Assembly: GCA_006218065.1 (NCBI GenBank)
Contig: VBWE01000014.1
Location: forward strand, 1,618 to 65,617
Direction of reading: 5' to 3'
Length of the DNA: 64,000 nucleotides
Source of the DNA: Bacteroidota bacterium
Lineage (GTDB): Bacteria > Bacteroidota > Bacteroidia > Palsa-965
Shown: positions 9,298-18,898 of the stretch, piece after piece
Layout of the letters: every line of letters starts with the position of its first letter
Numbering within the stretch: the first letter of the stretch is position 1
Program-made: the position numbers and the translations under genes
Notes under the pieces: model-generated
Databases searched by the model: none
What the model saw: only the letters and a program-made list of their open reading frames with translations
What the model was told of the DNA's origin: nothing

Positions 9298-11334
9298 ATG
9301 GCCAGAAAGCCGACCCGTAAAGAAAAACTTGCGCAGCAAAAACAGCAGCAGCAAACAGCCGCCCCCGCCGAAGCAAAACCGCAACCGCAGCAGCAGCGGA
9401 AAAAAAACAAAACCGCTCCGCAGAAAAGCAAGCTGCTTCGCGGACTCGGTATCCTTGTTTTTGCCTTCGCCTTTATCATTTACGCCAATACGCTCGGCCA
9501 CGAATATGCGCTCGACGATTACGGCGTGATCCTCGAAAACCAGGTTACCAAAAGCGGTTTCGACGGCATCGGTACCATTCTCAAAACCGGGTACCGCACC
9601 AGCCTCACTTCGGTGGATTATGAATTGTATCGCCCGCTTTCCAAAGTGATGTTTGCCATCGAGTGGGGCATGTCGCCGAACTCGCCCGGCCTGAGCCATT
9701 TCATGAACGTGGTCTTGTTCGCACTGTCCGGGCTTTTCCTGTTCCGCACACTTTGTTTGTACCTGCCTCAATCGCCGCTGGTTCCGTTTATCGCGGCCAT
9801 TATTTTCGTGGCGCATCCTATTCATACCGAAGTAGTGGCGAATATCAAAGGCCGTGATGATATTCTCTGTTTCCTGTTTTTTATCGGCACGGCGTTTTAC
9901 GTACACCGGTACACGGTTTCGCGATCCAATAAACACCTTATGCTCGCGGCTGTTTCATTTTTCCTTTCTTTCCTCTCCAAAGAATCAGCGATTACTTTCC
10001 TGGCGGTGATTCCACTGATGTTGTATTTTTTTACGGATGCGCCGAAAAAAATTTACGTTTCTTCGCTGGTTGCGCTCGGTATTACTACCGGAATTTTCCT
10101 GCTCATCCGGCACAGCATACTCTCGGGCGGTTACCAGCCCGTTCCGGCCATCGACAATTACCTGGCCGGCATCCGCGATTTCGTGACGCAGAAAACCACG
10201 GCCGTTTTCCTGATGGGCGTTTACCTGAAACAGCTCGTTGTTCCGTACCCGCTGATCAGCGACGGTTCGATAAAACATTTCGATGTGGCCGGTTTGGGCG
10301 ACTGGCAGTTCTGGGTGTCCATGTTGATTTACGCGGGACTTGCGGTTGTCGCTTTCCGGAAATTCCGCGCGAAAAATATTTACGCGTTCTGCATTCTTTA
10401 TTTCTTCGTCACAGCATCCATCATCTCGAACATTCCCTTCATCCTCGGAACGAATTATGGTGAACGTTTGCTTTTCGCACCATCGCTCGCCATCTGCATC
10501 GCCGCCGCCGCGGCCATCGCGCATTTCCTGCAGAAAACAGAACTGCCTTCTGCGGATACGGCCGTCGACTTCCTGAAAAAAACGATGAAACCCATGGCCG
10601 CTGCCGCGGTGATTGCACTGGTATTCGGTACGATGACCGCGATGCGCAACCCCGACTGGCATGATAACCGGACTTTATATACGAACGACCTGGAAAAAGC
10701 GCCGAACAGCGCCAAACTGCATTATTATTTCGGCAACCACATCACGCAGGAAGAAAATCTCGCGAAGCTGAGCCCGGAAGCGAAAAAACTGACCTACGAT
10801 ACCGCCATCAGCGAGTTCCGGAAATCGCTCGCCTGTTATCCTTTCTACACCGATCCTACCCAGAAGCTCGGGCAATCGTTTATGGAAATCGGGAAACTCG
10901 ATTCGTCGGAATTCTATTATAAGAAAGCGCTGAAACTCTTGCCCGGCAGCCCGACATTCCATAACAACTACGGCCGTATGCTTTTTTCGGCCGGGCGGGT
11001 AGAGGATGCGAAAAAAGAATTTGAACAGGCGATCAAATTCAATCCGAATTACGCGCATGCGGAAAACAACCTGGCCAGCGCGCTGGGAACGATCGCTTCG
11101 GGCAAATTCTCGCAGTCGCTCAAAGACAGCCTGAACCGGCAGGCGCTTCAAACGGAAGCGCGGACGCTTTTCGAAACCTCGCTTACCCATTCGCTCCGCG
11201 CCATCGCCATCGATCCCGGTTACGTGCAGGCTTACCAGACTACCGCGATCACCTACGGCAGTCTTGGCGACAAATCGAACCAGGAAAAATACAACGCGCT
11301 TGCGCAGCAGGCCCGGCAACAAACAGGACAGTGA
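9298..11334 (+). CDS. TMTC-like membrane GT-C protein (O-mannosyltransferase-like) with C-terminal TPR repeats
   Basis: Y.LDD..VI..N, YRPL, AHPIHTEVVA.IKGR, LSKES and GERLLF motifs, followed by TPRs. Confidence 0.8.
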   Translation: MARKPTRKEKLAQQKQQQQTAAPAEAKPQPQQQRKKNKTAPQKSKLLRGLGILVFAFAFIIYANTLGHEYALDDYGVILENQVTKSGFDGIGTILKTGYRTSLTSVDYELYRPLSKVMFAIEWGMSPNSPGLSHFMNVVLFALSGLFLFRTLCLYLPQSPLVPFIAAIIFVAHPIHTEVVANIKGRDDILCFLFFIGTAFYVHRYTVSRSNKHLMLAAVSFFLSFLSKESAITFLAVIPLMLYFFTDAPKKIYVSSLVALGITTGIFLLIRHSILSGGYQPVPAIDNYLAGIRDFVTQKTTAVFLMGVYLKQLVVPYPLISDGSIKHFDVAGLGDWQFWVSMLIYAGLAVVAFRKFRAKNIYAFCILYFFVTASIISNIPFILGTNYGERLLFAPSLAICIAAAAAIAHFLQKTELPSADTAVDFLKKTMKPMAAAAVIALVFGTMTAMRNPDWHDNRTLYTNDLEKAPNSAKLHYYFGNHITQEENLAKLSPEAKKLTYDTAISEFRKSLACYPFYTDPTQKLGQSFMEIGKLDSSEFYYKKALKLLPGSPTFHNNYGRMLFSAGRVEDAKKEFEQAIKFNPNYAHAENNLASALGTIASGKFSQSLKDSLNRQALQTEARTLFETSLTHSLRAIAIDPGYVQAYQTTAITYGSLGDKSNQEKYNALAQQARQQTGQ

Positions 11335-12350
11335 TGCTCACCATCGACATTCATACGCATATCCTGCCCGAACAGATCCCGAACTGGAAAGAGAAATTCG
11401 GTTACGGCGGATTTATTCAGCTCGACCATCATAAATCCTGCTGCGCGCGCATGATCCGCGACGACGGAAAATTTTTCCGCGAAGTGGAAGACAATTGCTG
11501 GAGCGCGGAAAAACGGATGCAGGAATGCGATCATCACCATGTGCATGTGCAGGTGCTTTCCACGGTGCCCGTGATGTTCAGCTATTGGGCGAAGCCGCAG
11601 GACTGCCTCGAACTTTCGAAATTCCTGAACGATCATATCGCGGAAATCGTGCAGCGTTTCCCGAAACGTTTCATCGGCCTGGGTACTATTCCCATGCAGG
11701 ATGCGAAAATGGCGGTCGCCGAACTCGAACGCTGCAAAAAGATCGGGCTGAAGGGAATCCAGGTCGGCACGAACGTGAACCAGGAAAATTTGAATGAACC
11801 GAAATTCTTCGAAATTTTTGCGGCCTGCGAAAAACTGGACATGGCGGTTTTCATTCATCCCTGGGAGATGATGGGTGAGCAGCATATGCAGAAATACTGG
11901 CTTCCCTGGCTGGTGGGCATGCCTGCGGAAACTTCACGCGCGATCTGTTCGATGATTTTCGGCGGCGTATTTGAAAAACTGCCGAAACTTCGCGTGGCCT
12001 TCGCGCACGGAGGAGGATCGTTTCCATCGACAGTCGGACGCGTGCAGCACGGTTTCGATTGCCGCCCCGATCTTACCGCGATCGATAATAATGTTCCGCC
12101 GAAAAATTATATCAGCAAATTCTGGATCGACTCGCTGGTTCACGATCCGCACATGCTCGACTTCGTGGTGAACCAGTTCGGCGCGAACCGCGTAGCGCTC
12201 GGCAGTGATTATCCTTTCCCGCTCGGCGAAAATATTCCCGGTGAACTCATTAAAAGCATGAACTGGGACAATGCCAAAAAAGAACTGCTGCTCAGCGGTG
12301 CGGCGCTGGAATGGCTGGGGATGGAGAAACATTTTTTCCGGCAGGACTGA
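11334..12350 (+). CDS. nbaD: 2-amino-3-carboxymuconate-6-semialdehyde decarboxylase (ACMSD, amidohydrolase family)
   Basis: IDIHTHILP, FIHPW.MMG, WLVGMPAET, AHGGGSFP and GSDYPFPLGE. TGATG overlap with the upstream gene. Confidence 0.93.
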   Translation: MLTIDIHTHILPEQIPNWKEKFGYGGFIQLDHHKSCCARMIRDDGKFFREVEDNCWSAEKRMQECDHHHVHVQVLSTVPVMFSYWAKPQDCLELSKFLNDHIAEIVQRFPKRFIGLGTIPMQDAKMAVAELERCKKIGLKGIQVGTNVNQENLNEPKFFEIFAACEKLDMAVFIHPWEMMGEQHMQKYWLPWLVGMPAETSRAICSMIFGGVFEKLPKLRVAFAHGGGSFPSTVGRVQHGFDCRPDLTAIDNNVPPKNYISKFWIDSLVHDPHMLDFVVNQFGANRVALGSDYPFPLGENIPGELIKSMNWDNAKKELLLSGAALEWLGMEKHFFRQD

Positions 12351-12394
12351 TTTATAAAGTCCGAAATTTTTTTCGTTTTCCTCATAGATCATAC

Positions 12395-12614
12395 TCCGAT
12401 TTGAAAATGAAACCAATTTGAAAATTTGAAAATTCCCTGCACGCAAGTCTGCCCCGGTAAAATGCTGATTGGATGGCATGTGTGCAGGGAATCTTCAAAT
12501 CGGGTCATTTTCAAATCGGAAAGTTCCCTGCACACAAATCTGCTCCGGCAAAACGCTGATTGGGCAGCATGTGTGCAGGGAATCTTCAAATCGGGTCATT
12601 TTCAAATCGGAAAA
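12395..12614. repeat. Compound palindromic element containing a ~91-bp tandem duplication
   Basis: Units 12433-12523 and 12524-12614 each read TTCCCTGCAC...GTGCAGGGAA plus tcttcaaatcgggtcattttcaaatcggaaa. 12395-12410 is the reverse complement of the tail. Confidence 0.8.
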
Positions 12615-12701
12615 CAGACGAACTGCCGTGAATTACCTCCGCTTGTCCTATCTTAGCATAACATCTCATCCTGACCAGGTTCACCTCTCAAATCAAAAAC
12701 C

Positions 12702-15700
12702 ATGCGCCCGATATTTTTACTTGGTATGCTGCTCCCCGGTTCAGCTATGTTTGCTCAACCTTGTGCAACCGATGTTTCCGTTGGCAGTTCTTCAAACATG
12801 TTCACCAATGTCACCTGCGCCACGATGCCGGTAGCTGTGGACAAAGATCTGAACACGGTGCTGTTCGTGCATCGTAACAACGCCACGACTTTTGGCGGAA
12901 GTTCAGGAAACCTGAGATATGATGTATCGACTGATGGCGGAAATACCTGGACAACCAACCAGGGCGTACTGAATCCGCTGATGACTTTGCAGGCACGTTA
13001 TCCGCAGGCCGCGATTTATAATCCGTCCGGGAATACGAACCCCTCCAATGCATATCTCGGTTACCTGGCTCCGACAATTACCGGGTCTGCATTTACCGGT
13101 TATGTAAACGGTGTGCGCCAGCTGAACGGTACAGGCAATACCGAAAACTATAACCAGCTGCCTGCAACCGGGACCGGCGTTGCACGTTCCATGGTGAAAG
13201 GCGCCCCGGGTATTTTCTGGAGCATCGATGCGCAGTATTCCGGGACAGCCATCACCGGTTTCCGTATTTTTAAAGGAACATGGAACGGCAGCACCGATAT
13301 CGCCTGGGCAGTGAATAATACGCTGACACCCACATTCAATACGGCATACGACGGAACTTCCAAAGTGGGTGATTACAATATCGCGTTCGACCCGACCGGG
13401 CAGTTCGGCTGGATCAGTGTACTTACACATATTACGCCGGGACCTGCTTCGTATGCTTTCAGGCCGGTTTTCTGGCGCACGACCGATGGCGGTAACACCT
13501 GGAGCGGTCCGGACCAGGTTTCTCTTTCCCAGTTCAGCTGCATCGCTCCGAATATCACGGTAGGCAATACGGCTTCCACCAATTTCGAATCGGACCTGCT
13601 GGTGGATGTGAACGGTGAACCGCACCTGCTTACGACGATCTGCAACGGGAATAACGCGTATGCCGTTTTTTACGGAAGCTGGCATCACATGTATGATATT
13701 ACCAATACCGGCGGCGTCTGGAATGCTATGGATATCAGCAACGTGAATGCCGGGCGCGGAACCTGGGGCGTAACGCCGAATGCCGTTACGATGGATAACG
13801 CACCGCAGGCTACGCGCAGCGCCGACGGCACCAAACTTTTTTTCGGCTGGACCGATAATATTACCTATGCTGTAGGTGCACCGAACCAATCGCCCAATTT
13901 GTTTGTACGCGGGTACGATGTGAATACGCGCATGTGGACTACCGTTCGCGATGTTACTGCCTGCCAGCCTTTGCTTAACGGTACAGCGTTCTTTCCGAAA
14001 TTTGCAGAAGGCCTGCTCGAGCCGGTGCCCGGGCAATATAAAATCGCAGCGGTTACCGGTATTTTTACGTCCAGCGATCCTACGCTGATTGCCAATTTCC
14101 GGTTCCTGAACAGCATTCTTTTTTATGCCAACGATTTCACCATACCGCAACCGTCGGCGCCCGTAGCCATTGACCAGGGCAGCAGTTATATCAAATGTGC
14201 GGGTACTGCGGCTGCTTTATCGGTTACCGGAACATTCGACGACTTGCTTTGGAGTAACGATTCCACGACAAATAATATCAGCGTAAATAATCCGGGAATT
14301 TATACGATAACCGTTCGCTCGGGCTGTACGATCGGAAGAGATACGATCGATGTCATCCAGCTTGTTTCGGATACGGCAGGCGTTACACAAATATGCCTCG
14401 GCGATTCGACCACGCTCAGCGTTACAGGCAATGCACTTTCGTACCTGTGGAACCCGGGCAGCGTCCCGGGCAATACTTTCGGCGTATTGCCGGCGGTAAC
14501 TTCTACATATACGCTTTTGGCATCGGGAACCGGTGGCTGCGCCGATACAACTATAATTACCGTATCCGTTGATACCGCACGGGTATCAGTTCCGGCTTCC
14601 GCAACGATCTGCGCGGGCGATTCGGTTACGCTTACGGCAAGCGGCGTTGCAAGTTACTCCTGGCCGTCGCTCAGCCAAAGCACGGCTGCCGTTACGGTAA
14701 GCCCGTCCGGAAATACGACATACATCGTTGACGGCGTGAGCAGCACGGGTTGCGCTTCATCCGATACGATCAGCGTAATCGTAAACCCGTTGCCTGTACT
14801 TAGCTTGTCGCCTGCCACCATGTTCCTTTGCCCGGAAGATTCTGCAGTTGCCTGCCCGCTGCCCAACCTTCCCGGGGGCACGTACAGCGGAACGGGCGTG
14901 ACGGGAAATATGTTCGATCCGCAAATGACCGGACCGGGTACATTTACGATTACCTATACGTACACCGATTCGGTTACAGGCTGCACCAATTCATCTGCGG
15001 CGACGGTAACGGTACATTCCGCGCCGGTGGCGCAAATCACGGCAGCTGCGGGTTCGGTATGTGCAGGCAGTTCCGATACGCTTACAGCTTCCGGTATCCT
15101 GACTTATAACTGGATGCCGGGCAGCGATACCACACAAGCGATTGTCGTTTCACCTGCGGTGAGCACGACGTATTATGTTACCGGAGCAGACAGCAACGGT
15201 TGCACAGCGTCGGATTCCCTGCTGGTTACCGTAATGTCGCTTCCCGAGATTACGATAACAGCATCCGATACGCTGATCTGCACCGGCGATGCCGCAACCT
15301 TAAGTGCGCTCGGCGCTTTAAACTATACCTGGAATCCCGGGAACATCAGCAGCCAATCTGTGATCGTAAGTCCTGTGACATCTACGACATATACCGTGAG
15401 CGGTTCCGATTCACTCGGTTGCACGAGTGTGGACAGCGTGATGATTACCGTAGCGCCTTTGCCGACGGCGGTATTCAATAACCCGGTAACATTATGCGTG
15501 GACGATGCGCCGCTTACCATTACCGGCGGTTCACCGGTTGGCGGTACATATTTCGGATCCGGGGTAGCTGGTGGCGTATTCACGCCGTCTGTTGCCGGGG
15601 TCGGTTCGTTCTCAATCGGCTATGCCGTAGTGGACGGTAACGGTTGCACGGATACGGCGTACGTAGTTTATGCGGTAAATGCCTGTGTGGGAATTACGGA

Positions 15701-15965
15701 ATCAAATGCACTGGAGGTCATCGGAGTTTATCCGAATCCGAACCAGGGAATTTTCATGCTCAGCATATCCGCAGCCTTAACCGATGATCTCGTGATCGAT
15801 GTGCGCGATCTGCATGGACGTGCCATATTCAGCGAAACAGTACAGCAGAATCCTGCCGGTTTTGTAAAACAGATCGATCTCGGTCATTGCTCTTCGGGGA
15901 TTTATTATCTCGTGCTTCGTTCGGGAGCGGCGTACCGGGTGGAGAAGATCGTGATTCAGAAATAG
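12702..15965 (+). CDS. T9SS type A cargo protein: Asp-box/BNR beta-propeller plus Ig/PKD-like repeats
   Basis: STDGGNTW and TTDGGNTW Asp-boxes, repeated 'IC.GDS.TL.A.G...Y.W' units and a YPNPNQG...GIYYL CTD. Confidence 0.85.
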   Translation: MRPIFLLGMLLPGSAMFAQPCATDVSVGSSSNMFTNVTCATMPVAVDKDLNTVLFVHRNNATTFGGSSGNLRYDVSTDGGNTWTTNQGVLNPLMTLQARYPQAAIYNPSGNTNPSNAYLGYLAPTITGSAFTGYVNGVRQLNGTGNTENYNQLPATGTGVARSMVKGAPGIFWSIDAQYSGTAITGFRIFKGTWNGSTDIAWAVNNTLTPTFNTAYDGTSKVGDYNIAFDPTGQFGWISVLTHITPGPASYAFRPVFWRTTDGGNTWSGPDQVSLSQFSCIAPNITVGNTASTNFESDLLVDVNGEPHLLTTICNGNNAYAVFYGSWHHMYDITNTGGVWNAMDISNVNAGRGTWGVTPNAVTMDNAPQATRSADGTKLFFGWTDNITYAVGAPNQSPNLFVRGYDVNTRMWTTVRDVTACQPLLNGTAFFPKFAEGLLEPVPGQYKIAAVTGIFTSSDPTLIANFRFLNSILFYANDFTIPQPSAPVAIDQGSSYIKCAGTAAALSVTGTFDDLLWSNDSTTNNISVNNPGIYTITVRSGCTIGRDTIDVIQLVSDTAGVTQICLGDSTTLSVTGNALSYLWNPGSVPGNTFGVLPAVTSTYTLLASGTGGCADTTIITVSVDTARVSVPASATICAGDSVTLTASGVASYSWPSLSQSTAAVTVSPSGNTTYIVDGVSSTGCASSDTISVIVNPLPVLSLSPATMFLCPEDSAVACPLPNLPGGTYSGTGVTGNMFDPQMTGPGTFTITYTYTDSVTGCTNSSAATVTVHSAPVAQITAAAGSVCAGSSDTLTASGILTYNWMPGSDTTQAIVVSPAVSTTYYVTGADSNGCTASDSLLVTVMSLPEITITASDTLICTGDAATLSALGALNYTWNPGNISSQSVIVSPVTSTTYTVSGSDSLGCTSVDSVMITVAPLPTAVFNNPVTLCVDDAPLTITGGSPVGGTYFGSGVAGGVFTPSVAGVGSFSIGYAVVDGNGCTDTAYVVYAVNACVGITESNALEVIGVYPNPNQGIFMLSISAALTDDLVIDVRDLHGRAIFSETVQQNPAGFVKQIDLGHCSSGIYYLVLRSGAAYRVEKIVIQK

Positions 15966-16113
15966 CGGGTTGACCTGTAAACGTTTTCACGTCCGCCGCA
16001 AATCACGTTTGCCGGCCTTTTGTAACTATCCGGCCAACGTTTTCGTCTTATGCGCGTCTTGGTCGAAAGCCGTTCTTCTTCGGGAGAACCGTACTTTTAC
16101 CGGACAGGTTGGC

Positions 16114-18786
16114 ATGAAACACGCATTACTCTCTTTTTTACTGTTACTGGTTTTCTCCACTGCCGAAGCGGGCGTGGTGAAGGGCGTTGTGCGTGATACC
16201 ACCGGGCAGCCTGTGCCCTATGTTGCGGTCCTGGTTAAAAACTCGACTATCGGCGTGAATACGAACCTGAACGGCGGGTATTTCCTCGAACTGAAACCGG
16301 GAACATATACGCTTGTTTTTTCACAGCTGGGATTGATAACGCAGGAGCATGAAGTGAAAATCGGCAGCGGAACGGTGACACTGGATGTGATACTGAAAAC
16401 AGCTTCGCAGGATATCGGTCTTGTCGAGATCAGCGCGAAAGGCGACCGCGACAAAGGAAAAGAAATCATGCGCAAAGTAATCGACAACCGGGATGATTAC
16501 CTGGACCGTGTGCAGAATTACCGGTGCCTCACGTACCAGAAATCGTCGCTGGAAAAAGTCCGTATCGAAAACGCGGAAAACGATTCGCTGGAAAAGGAAG
16601 AGGAAAAGCCGGAGGCGGATACGCTTACCAAAGCAGAAAAACGGAAAGAGAAAAGAAAAAAACTTCCTGCCGATACGACTTCACGTAAATACGCGCGGAA
16701 AAAAGAAAAGCAGGAAAAAGAAAAAAAGGAAGCAGCCCTGCATGTCAACGTGGATTACCTGATCCAGCAGCAGAACATGAACCTGATCGAATCGTACTCC
16801 GAAACGTATTTCCAGGCGCCGCGCACCTTCCGGGAAAATGTCATTGCACACCACGATTTCGCCGAACGCAAAAAAAGATTCAGCGGCGGCGGCATTTCGA
16901 AAACGGTGGAATACGGCGAACATGAAATAGCGCCGGTGCAGTACGCTTCCGAAAACCCGTACCTGCTGATCAGCGATGCGCAGGGCGCCGATTTTAATTT
17001 TTACCGCAACCTGCTCGATCTTCCCGCGCTCTCTTCCCGCCCGCTGCTTTCGCCCGCTGCCGCCACGGCCATGCTCAGTTACCGGTTCGAGTATATGGAG
17101 TCGTTTGTCGAAAACGGGAAAACGATTCACCGGATCAATGTGCTGCCACTGTTCAAATCGGATGCGCTTTTTGCAGGATCTATTTTCGTGCAGGACAGTA
17201 CCTGGGCCATCGTGTCGGTCAACCTGGCCATAAATCCTACGGTACTGCTGTACTGCAAAGAGTTCCGCGTCATCCTCCAGTACGAAGAAGTTTCGCCGCA
17301 GGTTTTTCTTCCCGTCCGCCGCGAATTCCTGTACACGATCAAGGAAGGAAAAAGCAATATCATCGGCAATATGCGCGTGGATCATACGGATTATCGCGTG
17401 AACGGTACGATTCCTCCGAAAACATTCACCAACGAAATAAAACGGTACGCCGACGATGCTTTCGACAAGGACAGCGCCTGGTGGGTGCAGCACCGCAGCA
17501 TCAGCCTCGAGGATAAAGAGATCGGGTACATTCACCGGGTCGATAGTCTCGTGACATATTACGACAGCCCGGAATATATTGCGCGGCAGGATTCAGCGTA
17601 CAATTCACTCGATGTGTGGAGTTTCCTGCTCAACGGCATCCAGCATCGCGACCGTGTAAAAGGATACAGCTTTTATATTTCCCCGCTTATCGAGCAGGCG
17701 GTTCCTTTCGGCGTGGGCGGTTACCGGCACAAGCTTGGCGGTACATTCAACAAAGATTTTCAAAACGATATGCTGCTCGAAACCGAAGGCCAGGTGGATT
17801 ACGGTTTCCTGAATAAAGACGTGCGCGGGAAAGCGGGCGTGGGACTGACCTATTACCCGCTGAAGTTCGTGCGGACTTTCGTGCGCTTCGGTGATTTTTA
17901 CGAAATGGTCAATTCGTACGCGTCGCTCGAATCGGTTTTCAGCCGGAGCAATTACGTGCGTTCGAAAGAATTCAGCGTGGCCCAGCGGATGGAGATCGTG
18001 AACGGGCTTTTCGGGGAACTGAGCCTGGAGCACAGCGACCAGCTACCGATTACGGGCATCAAGCTGGAACAATGGTCGAACCAGCTTTTCGGATCACTCA
18101 ACACGCCGTCGGATTTCGAACGCTATGTGAAATCGGAAATACGGCTGGAGCTGAAATACCGTTTCCGGCAGAAGTACGTGATCAAGCGGAAAAAGAAAAT
18201 CATCGTCGGTTCCAAATATCCCGAACTGCGCGCATTTTACCGGAAAGGCATACCGGGACTTCTGGGTAGTGAAGTGGATTTCGATTATTTCGAAATAGGA
18301 TCGACGGACGAAATGAAAATCGGGCGTTTCGGTACGAGCGGCTGGTCGGTGCTGGGCGGCATTTTTATAAACAAAAGCGATTTGCGTTTGCTCGAGCATA
18401 AATATTTCCGTGGCTCCGATTCTTTTATTTTCTCCGACCCGATGCGTTCATTCCAATTGCTGGGAACCACGCTGAGCACGGCGAATTCTTTTTTTCGCGT
18501 GAATTACATTCACCATTTCGAAGGCGCTTTCGGCAGCAAAATTCCCTTGTTCGGAAAACTGAAAATAACCGCGGCGGCCGGCGGCGGATTGTTGCTGATA
18601 CCCGACCAGGAATTCAGTCACGGTGAATTTTTTGCCGGCCTCGAACGTATCGTGCGCATTAAGAAACAATTATTCCGCTTCGGTGTTTTCGCTGCAACCG
18701 CGGACAACAACCTGCAGAAAGCCACGCTCACCTGGAAAATCGGGATCGGGTTTTATAATTCGTACACGAAGAAGTGGAGCTACTGA
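16114..18786 (+). CDS. DUF5686-family outer-membrane protein with an N-terminal carboxypeptidase-regulatory-like domain
   Basis: Signal peptide MKHALLS, VKG.V.D.TG.PVPYV.V...G..TN.NG.Y.L, and a C-terminal beta-barrel ending in WSY. Confidence 0.75.
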   Translation: MKHALLSFLLLLVFSTAEAGVVKGVVRDTTGQPVPYVAVLVKNSTIGVNTNLNGGYFLELKPGTYTLVFSQLGLITQEHEVKIGSGTVTLDVILKTASQDIGLVEISAKGDRDKGKEIMRKVIDNRDDYLDRVQNYRCLTYQKSSLEKVRIENAENDSLEKEEEKPEADTLTKAEKRKEKRKKLPADTTSRKYARKKEKQEKEKKEAALHVNVDYLIQQQNMNLIESYSETYFQAPRTFRENVIAHHDFAERKKRFSGGGISKTVEYGEHEIAPVQYASENPYLLISDAQGADFNFYRNLLDLPALSSRPLLSPAAATAMLSYRFEYMESFVENGKTIHRINVLPLFKSDALFAGSIFVQDSTWAIVSVNLAINPTVLLYCKEFRVILQYEEVSPQVFLPVRREFLYTIKEGKSNIIGNMRVDHTDYRVNGTIPPKTFTNEIKRYADDAFDKDSAWWVQHRSISLEDKEIGYIHRVDSLVTYYDSPEYIARQDSAYNSLDVWSFLLNGIQHRDRVKGYSFYISPLIEQAVPFGVGGYRHKLGGTFNKDFQNDMLLETEGQVDYGFLNKDVRGKAGVGLTYYPLKFVRTFVRFGDFYEMVNSYASLESVFSRSNYVRSKEFSVAQRMEIVNGLFGELSLEHSDQLPITGIKLEQWSNQLFGSLNTPSDFERYVKSEIRLELKYRFRQKYVIKRKKKIIVGSKYPELRAFYRKGIPGLLGSEVDFDYFEIGSTDEMKIGRFGTSGWSVLGGIFINKSDLRLLEHKYFRGSDSFIFSDPMRSFQLLGTTLSTANSFFRVNYIHHFEGAFGSKIPLFGKLKITAAAGGGLLLIPDQEFSHGEFFAGLERIVRIKKQLFRFGVFAATADNNLQKATLTWKIGIGFYNSYTKKWSY

Positions 18787-18818
18787 TTCGTTTAAAACTA
18801 TCGTAGTAAAAGGTACTA

Positions 18819-18896
18819 TTTTCGATTGCCGATTTTGGATTGGCGATTTTCTCCGCTTTATTCAATCGGCAATCCAAAATCGCCAATCGACAATCG
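18819..18896. repeat. Heptamer-repeat hairpin between convergent genes (possible bidirectional terminator)
   Basis: cgattgccgattttggattggcgatt ... aatcggcaatccaaaatcgccaatcgacaatcg. Confidence 0.75.
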
Positions 18897-18898
18897 GT

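Noticed and set aside
12433-12614. Possible mini-CRISPR or tRNA
   Set aside because: Only two units, the inner segments are homologous rather than unique spacers, and there is no cloverleaf or T-loop motif.
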